Origin: Planctomycetota bacterium
GTDB lineage: Bacteria > Planctomycetota > UBA1135 > UBA2386
Length of the DNA: 64,000 nt
Direction: 5' to 3'
Assembly (NCBI GenBank): GCA_046290465.1
Contig: JBKAGP010000001.1
Coordinates: forward strand, 5,920,001 to 5,984,000
Part shown: in pieces, positions 49,173 through 58,432 of the stretch
Position numbering within the stretch: the stretch's first letter is position 1
How the letters are laid out: each line of letters opens with the position of its first letter
Notes under the pieces: generated by a model
What the model was told of the DNA's origin: nothing
Database searches by the model: none
What the model saw: only the letters and a program-made list of their open reading frames with translations
Position numbers and translations under genes: made by a program

Positions 49173-49189
49173 TCCCCTTCGCAAGGGGA
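49173..49189 (+). promoter_or_regulatory. Hairpin sequestering the putative RBS of the sigma factor
   Basis: TCCCCTT-CGC-AAGGGGA, 8 nt before the ATG at 49198. Confidence 0.4.
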
Positions 49190-49197
49190 CGTTCGCC

Positions 49198-50031
49198 ATG
49201 ACCTGCTCCCCCTCGCAGACGGCTAGTCGCTCAGTAGCGTTCCCTGAGCGTGAGCGGATTCGCACAGAACTGACGGCGCTGCTCGCGCGCCTCGGTTGCG
49301 ACGTCCCTTCGGTCGAACCCCCGGCGCCGCATGCAGATGCAGCGCTCGCGACCGCGTTGATGGATGCCTTCCGCAAAACCGGTGACTCCGAGGCCTTCGA
49401 CGGCCTGGTCCGCTGGGCAGGACCCCAGCTGCGCGCGCGGGTGCGTTCGCGGCTGCGTTCCCTCGGTGCGATGCTCGACCCCAACGAGGTCTGGCAGGAC
49501 ACCATCGTCAACATCTACCGCTACCCCGACCGCTTCCTGGCCTCGCGGCCCGGCGCGTTCGCGGCCTGGTCGTCGACGATCGTGGACAACGCGATCCGCC
49601 GTCACCTGCGCCGCAGCAAGCGCGACCTGGGCGTGACGCTGCGCGACCCGGAGGTCCTGCAGGAGCAGGCCGACGAGTCGATGCGCGAACCGAGCAAGCA
49701 GGCCGAGACGCACGAGGAATGCATGGCGACCGCTTCGGCGTTCGGCCTCGTGCTGCAGGCCTACCTGCTCGCGTTCCACAAGCTGGCCGAGCGCGAACGG
49801 TTCGTGCTGCAGATGGTCGAGGTGCGGCAGATGCGTTACGCGGAGCTGGCGCAGATCCTCGGCATCCGGCCCGAGGCGCTGAAGATGGTCGTGTTCCGGG
49901 CGCGCAAGCGCATCCACGACCGCCTGCAGCAGCTGCTGTCCGGCAACGGCCTGGACAAGGCGCGCGGTGGTCGCCGTTCGGCGTCGGTCGGCGCAGCCGC
50001 TGGGTCGGGCCCTGCGGCTGCAGTGGCATAG
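49198..50031 (+). CDS. ECF (sigma-70 group 4) RNA polymerase sigma factor
   Basis: EVWQDTIVNIY and FAAWSSTIVDN (region 2); YAELAQILGIRPEALKMVVFRARKRI (region 4). Confidence 0.88.
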   Translation: MTCSPSQTASRSVAFPERERIRTELTALLARLGCDVPSVEPPAPHADAALATALMDAFRKTGDSEAFDGLVRWAGPQLRARVRSRLRSLGAMLDPNEVWQDTIVNIYRYPDRFLASRPGAFAAWSSTIVDNAIRRHLRRSKRDLGVTLRDPEVLQEQADESMREPSKQAETHEECMATASAFGLVLQAYLLAFHKLAERERFVLQMVEVRQMRYAELAQILGIRPEALKMVVFRARKRIHDRLQQLLSGNGLDKARGGRRSASVGAAAGSGPAAAVA

Positions 50032-50122
50032 GCGATCGGAACGCGCCGCAGGTGACGGCTGGCACGCTCGGCTGGGTGGGCGTTCGCTTGCAACCGCTGC
50101 GCGCGGCGCGAAGCTCACGGCC

Positions 50123-51430
50123 ATGGCCGAGACCGTCGATCGTCTGTTCGTGCACTGCCGCCAGCTCGTCACGCTGACCGATGGCGAGCCGACCGGGCCG
50201 CGCCGCAAGGACGCGATGCAGCCGATGGGGGTGATCGACGACGGCGCGGTCGCGGTGCAGGGCGGCCGCATCGTCGCGGTCGGCAGCACCGACGAGATCA
50301 CCGCCCGATATCGTGCGCCCGAGGAACTCGACCTCGACGGCTTCGTGGTGATGCCGGGGTTCGTCGATTGCCACACCCACCCAGTGTTCGCGCGCACGCG
50401 CGAGCAGGAGTTCCACATGCGCTGCGCCGGCGCCGACTACATGGCGATCGCGCAGGCCGGTGGTGGCATCCTCAGTTCGATGCGCGCGGTGCGCGAGGCG
50501 TCGCTCGAGGAGCTGGCCGAACGCACCGAACAGCACCTGTGGCGCTTCCTCGAGAACGGCATCACCACGATCGAAGCGAAGGGTGGCTACGGCCTGTCGC
50601 TCGAGGCCGAGCAGAAGAGCATGCAGGCGCTGGACGCGGCGGCCGCGCTGGTGCCGCTCAACCTGAAGCGCACCTTCCTCGGCGCGCACGAGTTCCCGCC
50701 CGAGTACCGCGACGATCGCGACGAGTACGTGCGCATCGTCTGCGACGAGATGATCCCGGCGCTGGCGCCGATGGCGGACTACTGCGACGTGTTCGCGGAG
50801 CCGGGCGTGTTCACCCGGGAGCAGAGCGAACGCGTACTCAAGGCCGCGCTCGACGCCGGCCTGCGGCTGCGCGTGCACGCCGACGAGATCCAGCCGATGG
50901 GGGGCGCCGAGATGGCGGTGGCGCTCGGCGCCGATTCCGCCGACCACCTCGGCCAGATCTCGGATGCCGGCATCGCCGCGATGGCCGCCAGCGACACCAC
51001 CGGCGTGCTGCTGCCGGGCACGATCTTCTTCCTGGCCAAGCCCGGCTACGCGCCGGCGCGCAAGATGATCGAGGCCGGCTGCGCGGTCGCGCTGGCGACC
51101 GACTTCAACCCCGGTTCGTCGCACACCCAGTCGATGACGCTGATCCACACGATCGCGTGCACCCAGATGAAGATGTCGGTCGAGGAGTGCATCGTCGCGT
51201 CGACGATCAATCCGGCGTTCTCGCTGCAGCTCGACCACGAGGTCGGCACGCTGCACCCGGGCAAGCGCGCCGACCTGTGCGTGCTCGACATCCCGAGCTA
51301 CCAGGCGCTCGGCTACACCTTCGGCGGCAACCCGGTCGCGATGACGATCAAGGACGGCATCCCGGTGATGGCCAACGTCGCCGACCGCCAACCCGACTGG
51401 TTCGCCGACGGCGTCGCCCTCGACGAATAG
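50123..51430 (+). CDS. hutI: Imidazolonepropionase
   Basis: PGFVDCHTH, GGGILSS, EAKGGYGL, HADE, SADHL and ATDFNPGS motifs. Confidence 0.95.
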   Translation: MAETVDRLFVHCRQLVTLTDGEPTGPRRKDAMQPMGVIDDGAVAVQGGRIVAVGSTDEITARYRAPEELDLDGFVVMPGFVDCHTHPVFARTREQEFHMRCAGADYMAIAQAGGGILSSMRAVREASLEELAERTEQHLWRFLENGITTIEAKGGYGLSLEAEQKSMQALDAAAALVPLNLKRTFLGAHEFPPEYRDDRDEYVRIVCDEMIPALAPMADYCDVFAEPGVFTREQSERVLKAALDAGLRLRVHADEIQPMGGAEMAVALGADSADHLGQISDAGIAAMAASDTTGVLLPGTIFFLAKPGYAPARKMIEAGCAVALATDFNPGSSHTQSMTLIHTIACTQMKMSVEECIVASTINPAFSLQLDHEVGTLHPGKRADLCVLDIPSYQALGYTFGGNPVAMTIKDGIPVMANVADRQPDWFADGVALDE

Positions 51431-51437
51431 GCTGGTT

Positions 51438-51464
51438 TGGTTCCGGGACGAGACCTTACCGACC
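51438..51464 (+). repeat. 27-bp dispersed intergenic repeat, copy B
   Basis: TGGTTCCGGGACGAGACCTTACCGACC. Confidence 0.7.
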
Positions 51465-51495
51465 AACCCGGCGAACGGCCCGCGCACGCCGTTCT

Positions 51496-52266
51496 TCAGT
51501 CGCGGCGCGCGACCATCACCAGGCGGCCGCTGTCGACGCGGAACACCTCGCCCTCGGCGCCGAACGCCTGCGCGTCGGCGAAGCCGGCGGCCAACAGCCA
51601 GCTGCGCAGTTCGGTCGCCGAGAACAGCCGCAGCGCGTACTCGCAGCTGCGCGTCGGCTGGCCGCTGCGGGTCACGAACCGACGCACGTGCAGGCGGCCG
51701 GTGGACGGGTCGAACATGCTGCGGTCGATCAGGAAGTGGTGGCCGGCGTCGTCCTCGAGTTCCTTGGTCGCAGAGGACTCGTGGTCGGTCAGACCCGGCT
51801 CGTGCAGGTTGAGCGTCTCGAGCAGCAGCAGGCCGCCCGGCTTCAGCGCGCGGTGCAGCCGACCGAGCTGCTGCTGCAGCGCCGCGTCGCTCTCGCCGTC
51901 GCCATCGCCGTAGCCGAACGACGTGAACCACGACACCGCGCAGTCGAACGCACCGTCGAACGACAGCGTGCGCCAGTCGCCGTGCCGGTAGTCGACCTGC
52001 ACCCCGCGCCGTGCCGCCGACGCGCGCGCCCGCTCCAGGAACGTCTCGCAGCGGTCGACGCCGACCACCTCGGCACCGCGGTCGGCGAGCCGTTCGGCGA
52101 TGCGGCCGTGGCCGCACGGCAGGTCCAGCACGCGCTGGCCCGGCTGCAGGTCGACCAGCAGCGCGATCAGCTCGGCCTCCTCGTCGTTGACGCCGTCGTG
52201 CAGCTCGCCCGCGTAGAAGTCGAGGTAGTCCCGACCGAAGACCTCACCCGCGCCGCCGTCAGCCAC
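51496..52266 (-). CDS. Class I SAM-dependent methyltransferase
   Basis: VLDLPCGHGR, FTSFGY and LKPGG motifs. Confidence 0.9.
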   Translation of the reverse strand: MADGGAGEVFGRDYLDFYAGELHDGVNDEEAELIALLVDLQPGQRVLDLPCGHGRIAERLADRGAEVVGVDRCETFLERARASAARRGVQVDYRHGDWRTLSFDGAFDCAVSWFTSFGYGDGDGESDAALQQQLGRLHRALKPGGLLLLETLNLHEPGLTDHESSATKELEDDAGHHFLIDRSMFDPSTGRLHVRRFVTRSGQPTRSCEYALRLFSATELRSWLLAAGFADAQAFGAEGEVFRVDSGRLVMVARRD

Positions 52267-53605
52267 CGAGCGCCTCCCGCTCTCGCAGCACGCGCACGTC
52301 CTCGCCCGTCGGCGCCTGGAACAGCCGCAGGTCGAACTCGTGCACGGCCGCGAGCAGGAAGTCGAACAGGTCGGCCTGGATCGCCTCGTAGTCGCCCCAC
52401 GCCGTCGTGCGCGTGAACGCGTAGATCTCGAGCGGCAGCCCCTTCGGCCCCGGCGGCAGCTGCCGCACCAGCAGCGTCAGGCCCTGGTGGATCATCGGGT
52501 GCTGCCGCAGCCACTCGTAGACGTAGGCGCGGAACGTGCCGATGTTGGTCAGCCGCCGCACGTCGAGCGGCGGCGTCGCGTCGCCGCAGGCCTTGTTGGT
52601 CTCGGCGAGCGCGGCCTTCTTGCCGTCGATGTACTTCTTCAGCACCACAAGCTCGCCGAAGCGGTCGACCTCCTCCTGGGTCAGGAACCGCACCGAGGCG
52701 CTGTCCAGGAACACCGAACGCTTGATGCGACGGCCGGGACCCTGGCTCATGTTGCGCCAGTTCTTGAACGGCTTGTTGACCAGCTGGATGGTCGGGATCG
52801 TCGACACCGTGCGGTCGAAGTTCTGGATCTTGACGGTGTGCAGCGCCATGTCGACGACGTCGCCGTCGGCAGCGCCGGGCACCTCGACCCAGTCGCCGAG
52901 CCGGATCATGTCGTTCTGCGACAGCGTCACCGACGCGACCACCGACAGGATCGTGTCCTTGAACACCAGCATCAGCACCGCGGTGAACGTGCCGAGGCCG
53001 ATCAGCACGCCGGTCGGATCGCGCCCGAACAAGAACGCCACCGCCGCGACCGTGCCGATCACGTAGAGGAAGATCTTGATCAGGCTGATGTAGCCCTTGA
53101 TCGGGCGGGCGCGGTTCTTGGCCCGGCGGTTCCAGATCTCGTGGCCGGCGTCGACGAGCGCGCCGAGCGCCAGCATGCCGGTGATCGTGGTCATCGCGGT
53201 CAGCACCTGCCGGACCCACAGCACGATCGGCTCGGCGGAGTCGAACGCCGGGTCGAGGCCCGGCATCGTCTCGACGATCGCGGCGCAGATCAGCGTCGGC
53301 GGCATGTAGCTGATCCACCGGAAGAACGCCTTGTCGACGAAGATGTCGTCCCAGGTGTTCTTGGTCTTGCGGATCAGCCGCACGATCACGAGCCGTCGCA
53401 GCGCGCGCGTCGCCAGCAGGATCAGCACGCCGATGACGACCAGCGCCGCGACGCCGATCACCTGTTCGATCCAGAGTTCGACGGTCTTCGGCAGCCAGCG
53501 CAGCGCGTTGAGCCCCTCCTCGGAGGCCTGCTCGATCGCCTTGCCGAGCGGATCCTGCGGTCCGGACGGCCCCTGGGGGAAGAAGCGCAGCACGGTCTCG
53601 ATCAT
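52259..53605 (-). CDS. MscS-family mechanosensitive channel (YbdG-like); start uncertain (53605-53644)
   Basis: LMLVFKDTIL, GDWVEV, KNWRNM, GRRIKRS, TNIGTFRAY and GLPLEIYAF motifs. Confidence 0.92.
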   Translation of the reverse strand: MIETVLRFFPQGPSGPQDPLGKAIEQASEEGLNALRWLPKTVELWIEQVIGVAALVVIGVLILLATRALRRLVIVRLIRKTKNTWDDIFVDKAFFRWISYMPPTLICAAIVETMPGLDPAFDSAEPIVLWVRQVLTAMTTITGMLALGALVDAGHEIWNRRAKNRARPIKGYISLIKIFLYVIGTVAAVAFLFGRDPTGVLIGLGTFTAVLMLVFKDTILSVVASVTLSQNDMIRLGDWVEVPGAADGDVVDMALHTVKIQNFDRTVSTIPTIQLVNKPFKNWRNMSQGPGRRIKRSVFLDSASVRFLTQEEVDRFGELVVLKKYIDGKKAALAETNKACGDATPPLDVRRLTNIGTFRAYVYEWLRQHPMIHQGLTLLVRQLPPGPKGLPLEIYAFTRTTAWGDYEAIQADLFDFLLAAVHEFDLRLFQAPTGEDVRVLREREALGG

Positions 53606-53684
53606 CGCTGCCCGCATCATGCGCCCGCGGCGCGCCGGGTCCATCGTGATCGGCGAATCCTGCCGCTGCCGCTATGCTGCGCGG

Positions 53685-54869
53685 ATGGCCTCCCGTCTCG
53701 CCATGCTCCTGAGCCTGGTCCTCGCGGCCGCTCCGTCCGTCGCGCAGGACGAGGACCGCAGCGTTCGGATCGCCGGCGTCGTCGTCGATACGCGCGGCCG
53801 CGCGATCGAGGCGGCGAAGATCGGCACCGGCTGGTGGTACGACCAGCGCCGCATGAGCGCCTACGGCTCGCAGGACGTCTGGCCGGCGGACTCGACCCGC
53901 GACGCCAACGGCTGGAACTTCGTGCGCACCAACGTCGACGGCAGCTTCGCTGCGCGCGTGCTGCCGCAGCGTCGCAGCGACACGGTGCAGCTGATCGTGT
54001 TCTCCGAGGACTACCGGCTCGGCGGCGCGTTTGCGTGGGGCCGCGACGAACCGCTCGGCAAGCTGCGGCTGGTGCTCGAGCCGGTCGCGCGGTTCCGCGC
54101 GACGCTGACCTGCGACGCGCTCGGCAAGAAGCGCGTGCCGGCGACCGCGTACCTGCGCTCGTTCGACGGCCGCCGCATCGGCCGCTTCAAGGCCGACGAG
54201 GGACTGGTCGACCTGCGGCTGCCGGCCGGCCACTACGTGCTGCACGTCTACGGTGCCAACAAGCAGGAGGTCGAGGCGCGGAACTTCGCGTTCGCGGTGT
54301 CGGCGGGGGAGGACGCGCGCGCGCGCGACATCGACCTCGAGCCCAACTGGATCGCGTCGAACCGCGGCAAGGCGATCCCGCTGTGGCAGGCGACGGCGGC
54401 GCGCGGCCTGGACCTGCAGCGCACCGACTTCGCGACGTTCGCCGGCAAGTGGCTGCTGGTGCAGATGTGGAACTGCGAGAGCGTCGAGCCCGGTCGCGAC
54501 ATCCCGATGCTGCTGCGCTTCGACCAGGACTGGCGCCGCAAGCACCCCGGCGAGGAGCCGCCGTACGCGATCCTGCTGCTGCACATGGGCGGCGCCAAGA
54601 CGCTCGAGGAGCTCGACGAACAGATCGCGCACCTGCAGCTGCGCGAGAACCACTGGGGCGGCCAGCCGCTGCCGTTCCCGATCCTGCTCGATCCGGGCGA
54701 GAAGACCCGCGAGTTCTGGAAGACCCGCTGGCGCCGCACCACGTTGCTGTTCGATCCGCGCGGCAAGCTGTGGGGCGAGACCGACGGCGACGACGAACTC
54801 AAGCTGGCCGCCGAAGGCAAGCTCGAGCACGCCGTCCCGGCCCGCCCGAAGAAGGCGTCGGATCGATAG
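53685..54869 (+). CDS. Secreted protein with beta-sandwich domain(s) and a thioredoxin-like fold with a degenerate active site
   Basis: Signal peptide; IAGVVVDTRGRAIEAAKI; FAGKWLLVQMWNC...LPFPILLD...TTLLFDPRGKL. Confidence 0.65.
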   Translation: MASRLAMLLSLVLAAAPSVAQDEDRSVRIAGVVVDTRGRAIEAAKIGTGWWYDQRRMSAYGSQDVWPADSTRDANGWNFVRTNVDGSFAARVLPQRRSDTVQLIVFSEDYRLGGAFAWGRDEPLGKLRLVLEPVARFRATLTCDALGKKRVPATAYLRSFDGRRIGRFKADEGLVDLRLPAGHYVLHVYGANKQEVEARNFAFAVSAGEDARARDIDLEPNWIASNRGKAIPLWQATAARGLDLQRTDFATFAGKWLLVQMWNCESVEPGRDIPMLLRFDQDWRRKHPGEEPPYAILLLHMGGAKTLEELDEQIAHLQLRENHWGGQPLPFPILLDPGEKTREFWKTRWRRTTLLFDPRGKLWGETDGDDELKLAAEGKLEHAVPARPKKASDR

Positions 54870-54878
54870 GTTGATGCC

Positions 54879-55460
54879 GTGACAGATCCCAACGGACCGG
54901 ATCGTTCGGTGCGCATCAGCAAGTTCTTGAGCTACGTGCTGCGGCACCGCCCCGACACGGTGGGCATCGAGCTCGACGAGGGCGGTTGGGTGGACGTGGA
55001 CGTGCTGCTGGCCGCCGCGCGGGACCACGAACCCGAGCTCACGCGAGGCCGACTCGAGGAAGTCGTGCGCAGCTCCGACAAGCAGCGCTTCGTCCTGTCG
55101 GACGACGGGCGACGCATCCGCGCGAATCAGGGGCACTCGGTCGACGTCGATCTCGGTTTGCAGCCGATCGAACCGCCGGAGCAGCTGTTCCACGGGACGG
55201 CCGAACGGTTCGTCGACAGCATCTTCACGAACGGTCTGGAGCGGCGTTCCAGGCATCACGTGCACCTGTCGGCGGACGTCGAGGTCGCGCGCGCGGTCGG
55301 GCAACGGCACGGCCGGGTCGCGATCCTGCGCGTCGCCAGCGGCGCGATGCAGCGGGACGGCCTCGCGTTCTGCCGGTCGGACAATGGCGTCTGGCTGACG
55401 GCCCACGTCGCTCCGCGATATCTGACCCGGCTGCCGACCGGGGACCCCGAGCGGGCGTGA
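54879..55460 (+). CDS. kptA: RNA 2'-phosphotransferase (Tpt1/KptA)
   Basis: SKFLSYVLRH, DKQRF, IRANQGHS, LFHGT, RHHVHLS and NGVWLT motifs. Confidence 0.95.
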   Translation: MTDPNGPDRSVRISKFLSYVLRHRPDTVGIELDEGGWVDVDVLLAAARDHEPELTRGRLEEVVRSSDKQRFVLSDDGRRIRANQGHSVDVDLGLQPIEPPEQLFHGTAERFVDSIFTNGLERRSRHHVHLSADVEVARAVGQRHGRVAILRVASGAMQRDGLAFCRSDNGVWLTAHVAPRYLTRLPTGDPERA

Positions 55461-55497
55461 TCCGCCGGGTCCGTGAGGTTGGTTCGGTCCGCAAGGT

Positions 55498-55524
55498 TGG
55501 TTTCGGGAGCAGACGTTACCGACC
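55498..55524 (+). repeat. 27-bp dispersed intergenic repeat, copy C
   Basis: TGGTTTCGGGAGCAGACGTTACCGACC, 23/27 identical to copy B. Confidence 0.65.
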
Positions 55525-55631
55525 GAGGCTCGTGCCGACGGGGGCCACCTTTCGTTGGTGTGCGCCGCGTGCACGCGGCTAGGATCGCCGCCAGCGCCCG
55601 ATCGGCGCGGTCCCGAACTGCCAAGCCACTG

Positions 55632-56540
55632 ATGTCCGAACTGCTCGAATTCGTTCCCAACTTCTCCGAAGGCAAGGACCAGGCCGTCGTCGACGCGATC
55701 GTCGCGCAGATGGTCGCCGTGCCCGGTGTCACCTGCCTCGGCGCCGAACTCGACGGCAGCCACAACCGCGCGGTGGTGACGCTCGCCGGGGACAAGGACG
55801 CGGTCGCCGAGGCGGCGTTCGTCGGGGCGAAGGCGGCGATGGAGCGCATCGACCTGCGCAACCACAAGGGCGAGCACAAGCGCATGGGCGCGATGGACGT
55901 CTGCCCGTTCGTGCCGCTCGGCGCCACCACGATGGCGACCGCGGTGGCGACGGCGCGCGCGGTCGGCGAACGGATCGGCAACGAACTCGAACTGCCGGTG
56001 TTCCTCTACGCCGAGGCGTGCACGCGCGAGGAGCGCCGCAAGCTCGGCGCGATCCGCAACAAGGAGTTCGAAGGCCTCAAGGACCTGGTCGGCAGCGACG
56101 ACGACTACGCGCCGGACTTCGGCCCGGCGCGCATGCACGAGACCGCCGGCGCGGTCGGTGTCGGCGCGCGCAAGTTCCTGATCGCCTACAACATCAACCT
56201 CGCGACCGAGGACGTACAGGTCGCCAAGGACATCGCCAAGGCGGTGCGCGAGAAGGACGGGGGCTTCGCGAAGGTCCAGGGCATGGGCTTCTTCCTCGAC
56301 GACAAGAAGATGGCGCAGGTGTCGATGAACCTGCTCGACTTCGAGACCACGTCGATCCGCACCGTGTTCGACAAGGTCAAGGAACTGGCCAACGCGCAGG
56401 GGGTCGAGGTCGCCGAGAGCGAACTGATCGGTCTGGCGCCGGCCGCCGCGATCGACGCCGAGCTCGCCGCGCACATCCAGCTGCCCGACTTCGATGCCCA
56501 GCAGGCGGTGGTCGAGGCAAAGCTCGCCGGCGGGAACTGA
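55632..56540 (+). CDS. ftcD: Glutamate formiminotransferase (FTCD N-terminal part only)
   Basis: VPNFSEG, HNRAVVT, HKGEHKRMGAMDVCPF, GARKFLIAYNINL and QVSMNL motifs. Confidence 0.92.
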   Translation: MSELLEFVPNFSEGKDQAVVDAIVAQMVAVPGVTCLGAELDGSHNRAVVTLAGDKDAVAEAAFVGAKAAMERIDLRNHKGEHKRMGAMDVCPFVPLGATTMATAVATARAVGERIGNELELPVFLYAEACTREERRKLGAIRNKEFEGLKDLVGSDDDYAPDFGPARMHETAGAVGVGARKFLIAYNINLATEDVQVAKDIAKAVREKDGGFAKVQGMGFFLDDKKMAQVSMNLLDFETTSIRTVFDKVKELANAQGVEVAESELIGLAPAAAIDAELAAHIQLPDFDAQQAVVEAKLAGGN

Positions 56541-56545
56541 GCGCG

Positions 56546-57604
56546 ATGAGTGCGCGCCGTCCGTCCGGGTTCGTGCTGCTGCTGGTCGCTGCGTCGTCGG
56601 CGCTGCTGGCGGTGCTGATCGCACCGTTTGCCGCGTCGTTCTTCGCCGCCGCGGTGCTCGCCGGCGTGCTGCACCCGGCCAAGGAGGCGCTCGCCCGGCG
56701 ACTCGGCGATCGCGGCGGTGCCGCGTCGCTGCTGCTGACGACCGGCGTGGTGCTGCTGGTCGTCGGCCCGATGGCCGGCCTGATCGTGTTCGTCGCCAAG
56801 CAGGGCACTTCGCTCTACGCGCGCGGCCTCGAGACCTGGCGCGAGTCCGGCGTAGAAGGGCTGATCGCCGAGCTGCCGGGGCCGCTGCAGGACCTGGCGC
56901 GCTGGCTCGGCGAGCACTGGCCGGGCAGCTTCCGGGTGGTGTCCGAGTCGGGCGGTGACGAAGCGGTGGCGGTCTCGGGCCAGCAGCTGCAGGCCGCGAC
57001 GTCGGTCGCCGCGGCGGTGCTCGACGGCCTCGCCAACGTGCTCGTCGACATGGGCGTGCTCGTCGTCACGATGTTCTTCCTGCTGCACCAGGGCAAGAAG
57101 CTGGTCGACTGGGTCGTCGACGTGCTGCCGCTGGCCAACGACGAAGGCGAACGGCTGGTCGCGGAGTTCCGCGACGTGACCCGCGCCGTGTTCGGCGCGA
57201 CGATCGTCACCGCGCTGCTGCAGACGGTGGTGTCGTGGATCGGCTACGCGATCGCCGGCATCCCGTACCAGCCGATCGCGCTGCTGGTGACGTTCGTCTG
57301 CGCGCTGATCCCGGTGGTCGGCGCAGCGCTGGTGGTGCTGGCGATCGGCGGGCTGCTGTGGCTCGACGGCCAGACCGGCTACGGCGTGTTCCTGATCGTC
57401 TGGGGTCTGCTGCCGGTCGGCCTCAGCGACAACATCGTCAAGCCGTGGCTGGCCAAGGACAAGATGCGCCTGCCCGGTCCGGTGGTGCTGTTCTCGATGC
57501 TCGGCGGGGTCGTCGTGTTCGGCGCGTTCGGCATCGTCGCCGGTCCGCTGATCGTCGCGTTCTTCCTGGCGTCGCTGCGCCTGCTGGACCGGCGCGACGG
57601 CTAA
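56546..57604 (+). CDS. AI-2E (PerM) family transporter
   Basis: LIPVVGAALV, DNIVKPWL and GGVVVFGAFGIVAGP motifs. Confidence 0.9.
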   Translation: MSARRPSGFVLLLVAASSALLAVLIAPFAASFFAAAVLAGVLHPAKEALARRLGDRGGAASLLLTTGVVLLVVGPMAGLIVFVAKQGTSLYARGLETWRESGVEGLIAELPGPLQDLARWLGEHWPGSFRVVSESGGDEAVAVSGQQLQAATSVAAAVLDGLANVLVDMGVLVVTMFFLLHQGKKLVDWVVDVLPLANDEGERLVAEFRDVTRAVFGATIVTALLQTVVSWIGYAIAGIPYQPIALLVTFVCALIPVVGAALVVLAIGGLLWLDGQTGYGVFLIVWGLLPVGLSDNIVKPWLAKDKMRLPGPVVLFSMLGGVVVFGAFGIVAGPLIVAFFLASLRLLDRRDG

Positions 57605-57613
57605 GCTGCCCGG

Positions 57614-58428
<815 letters not shown>

Positions 58429-58432
<4 letters not shown>

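Noticed and set aside
55564..55579. 16-bp palindrome GCCGCGTGCACGCGGC before a TAGGAT box upstream of ftcD
   Set aside because: Could be an operator, but GC-rich palindromes are frequent here and I saw no second copy near hutI.
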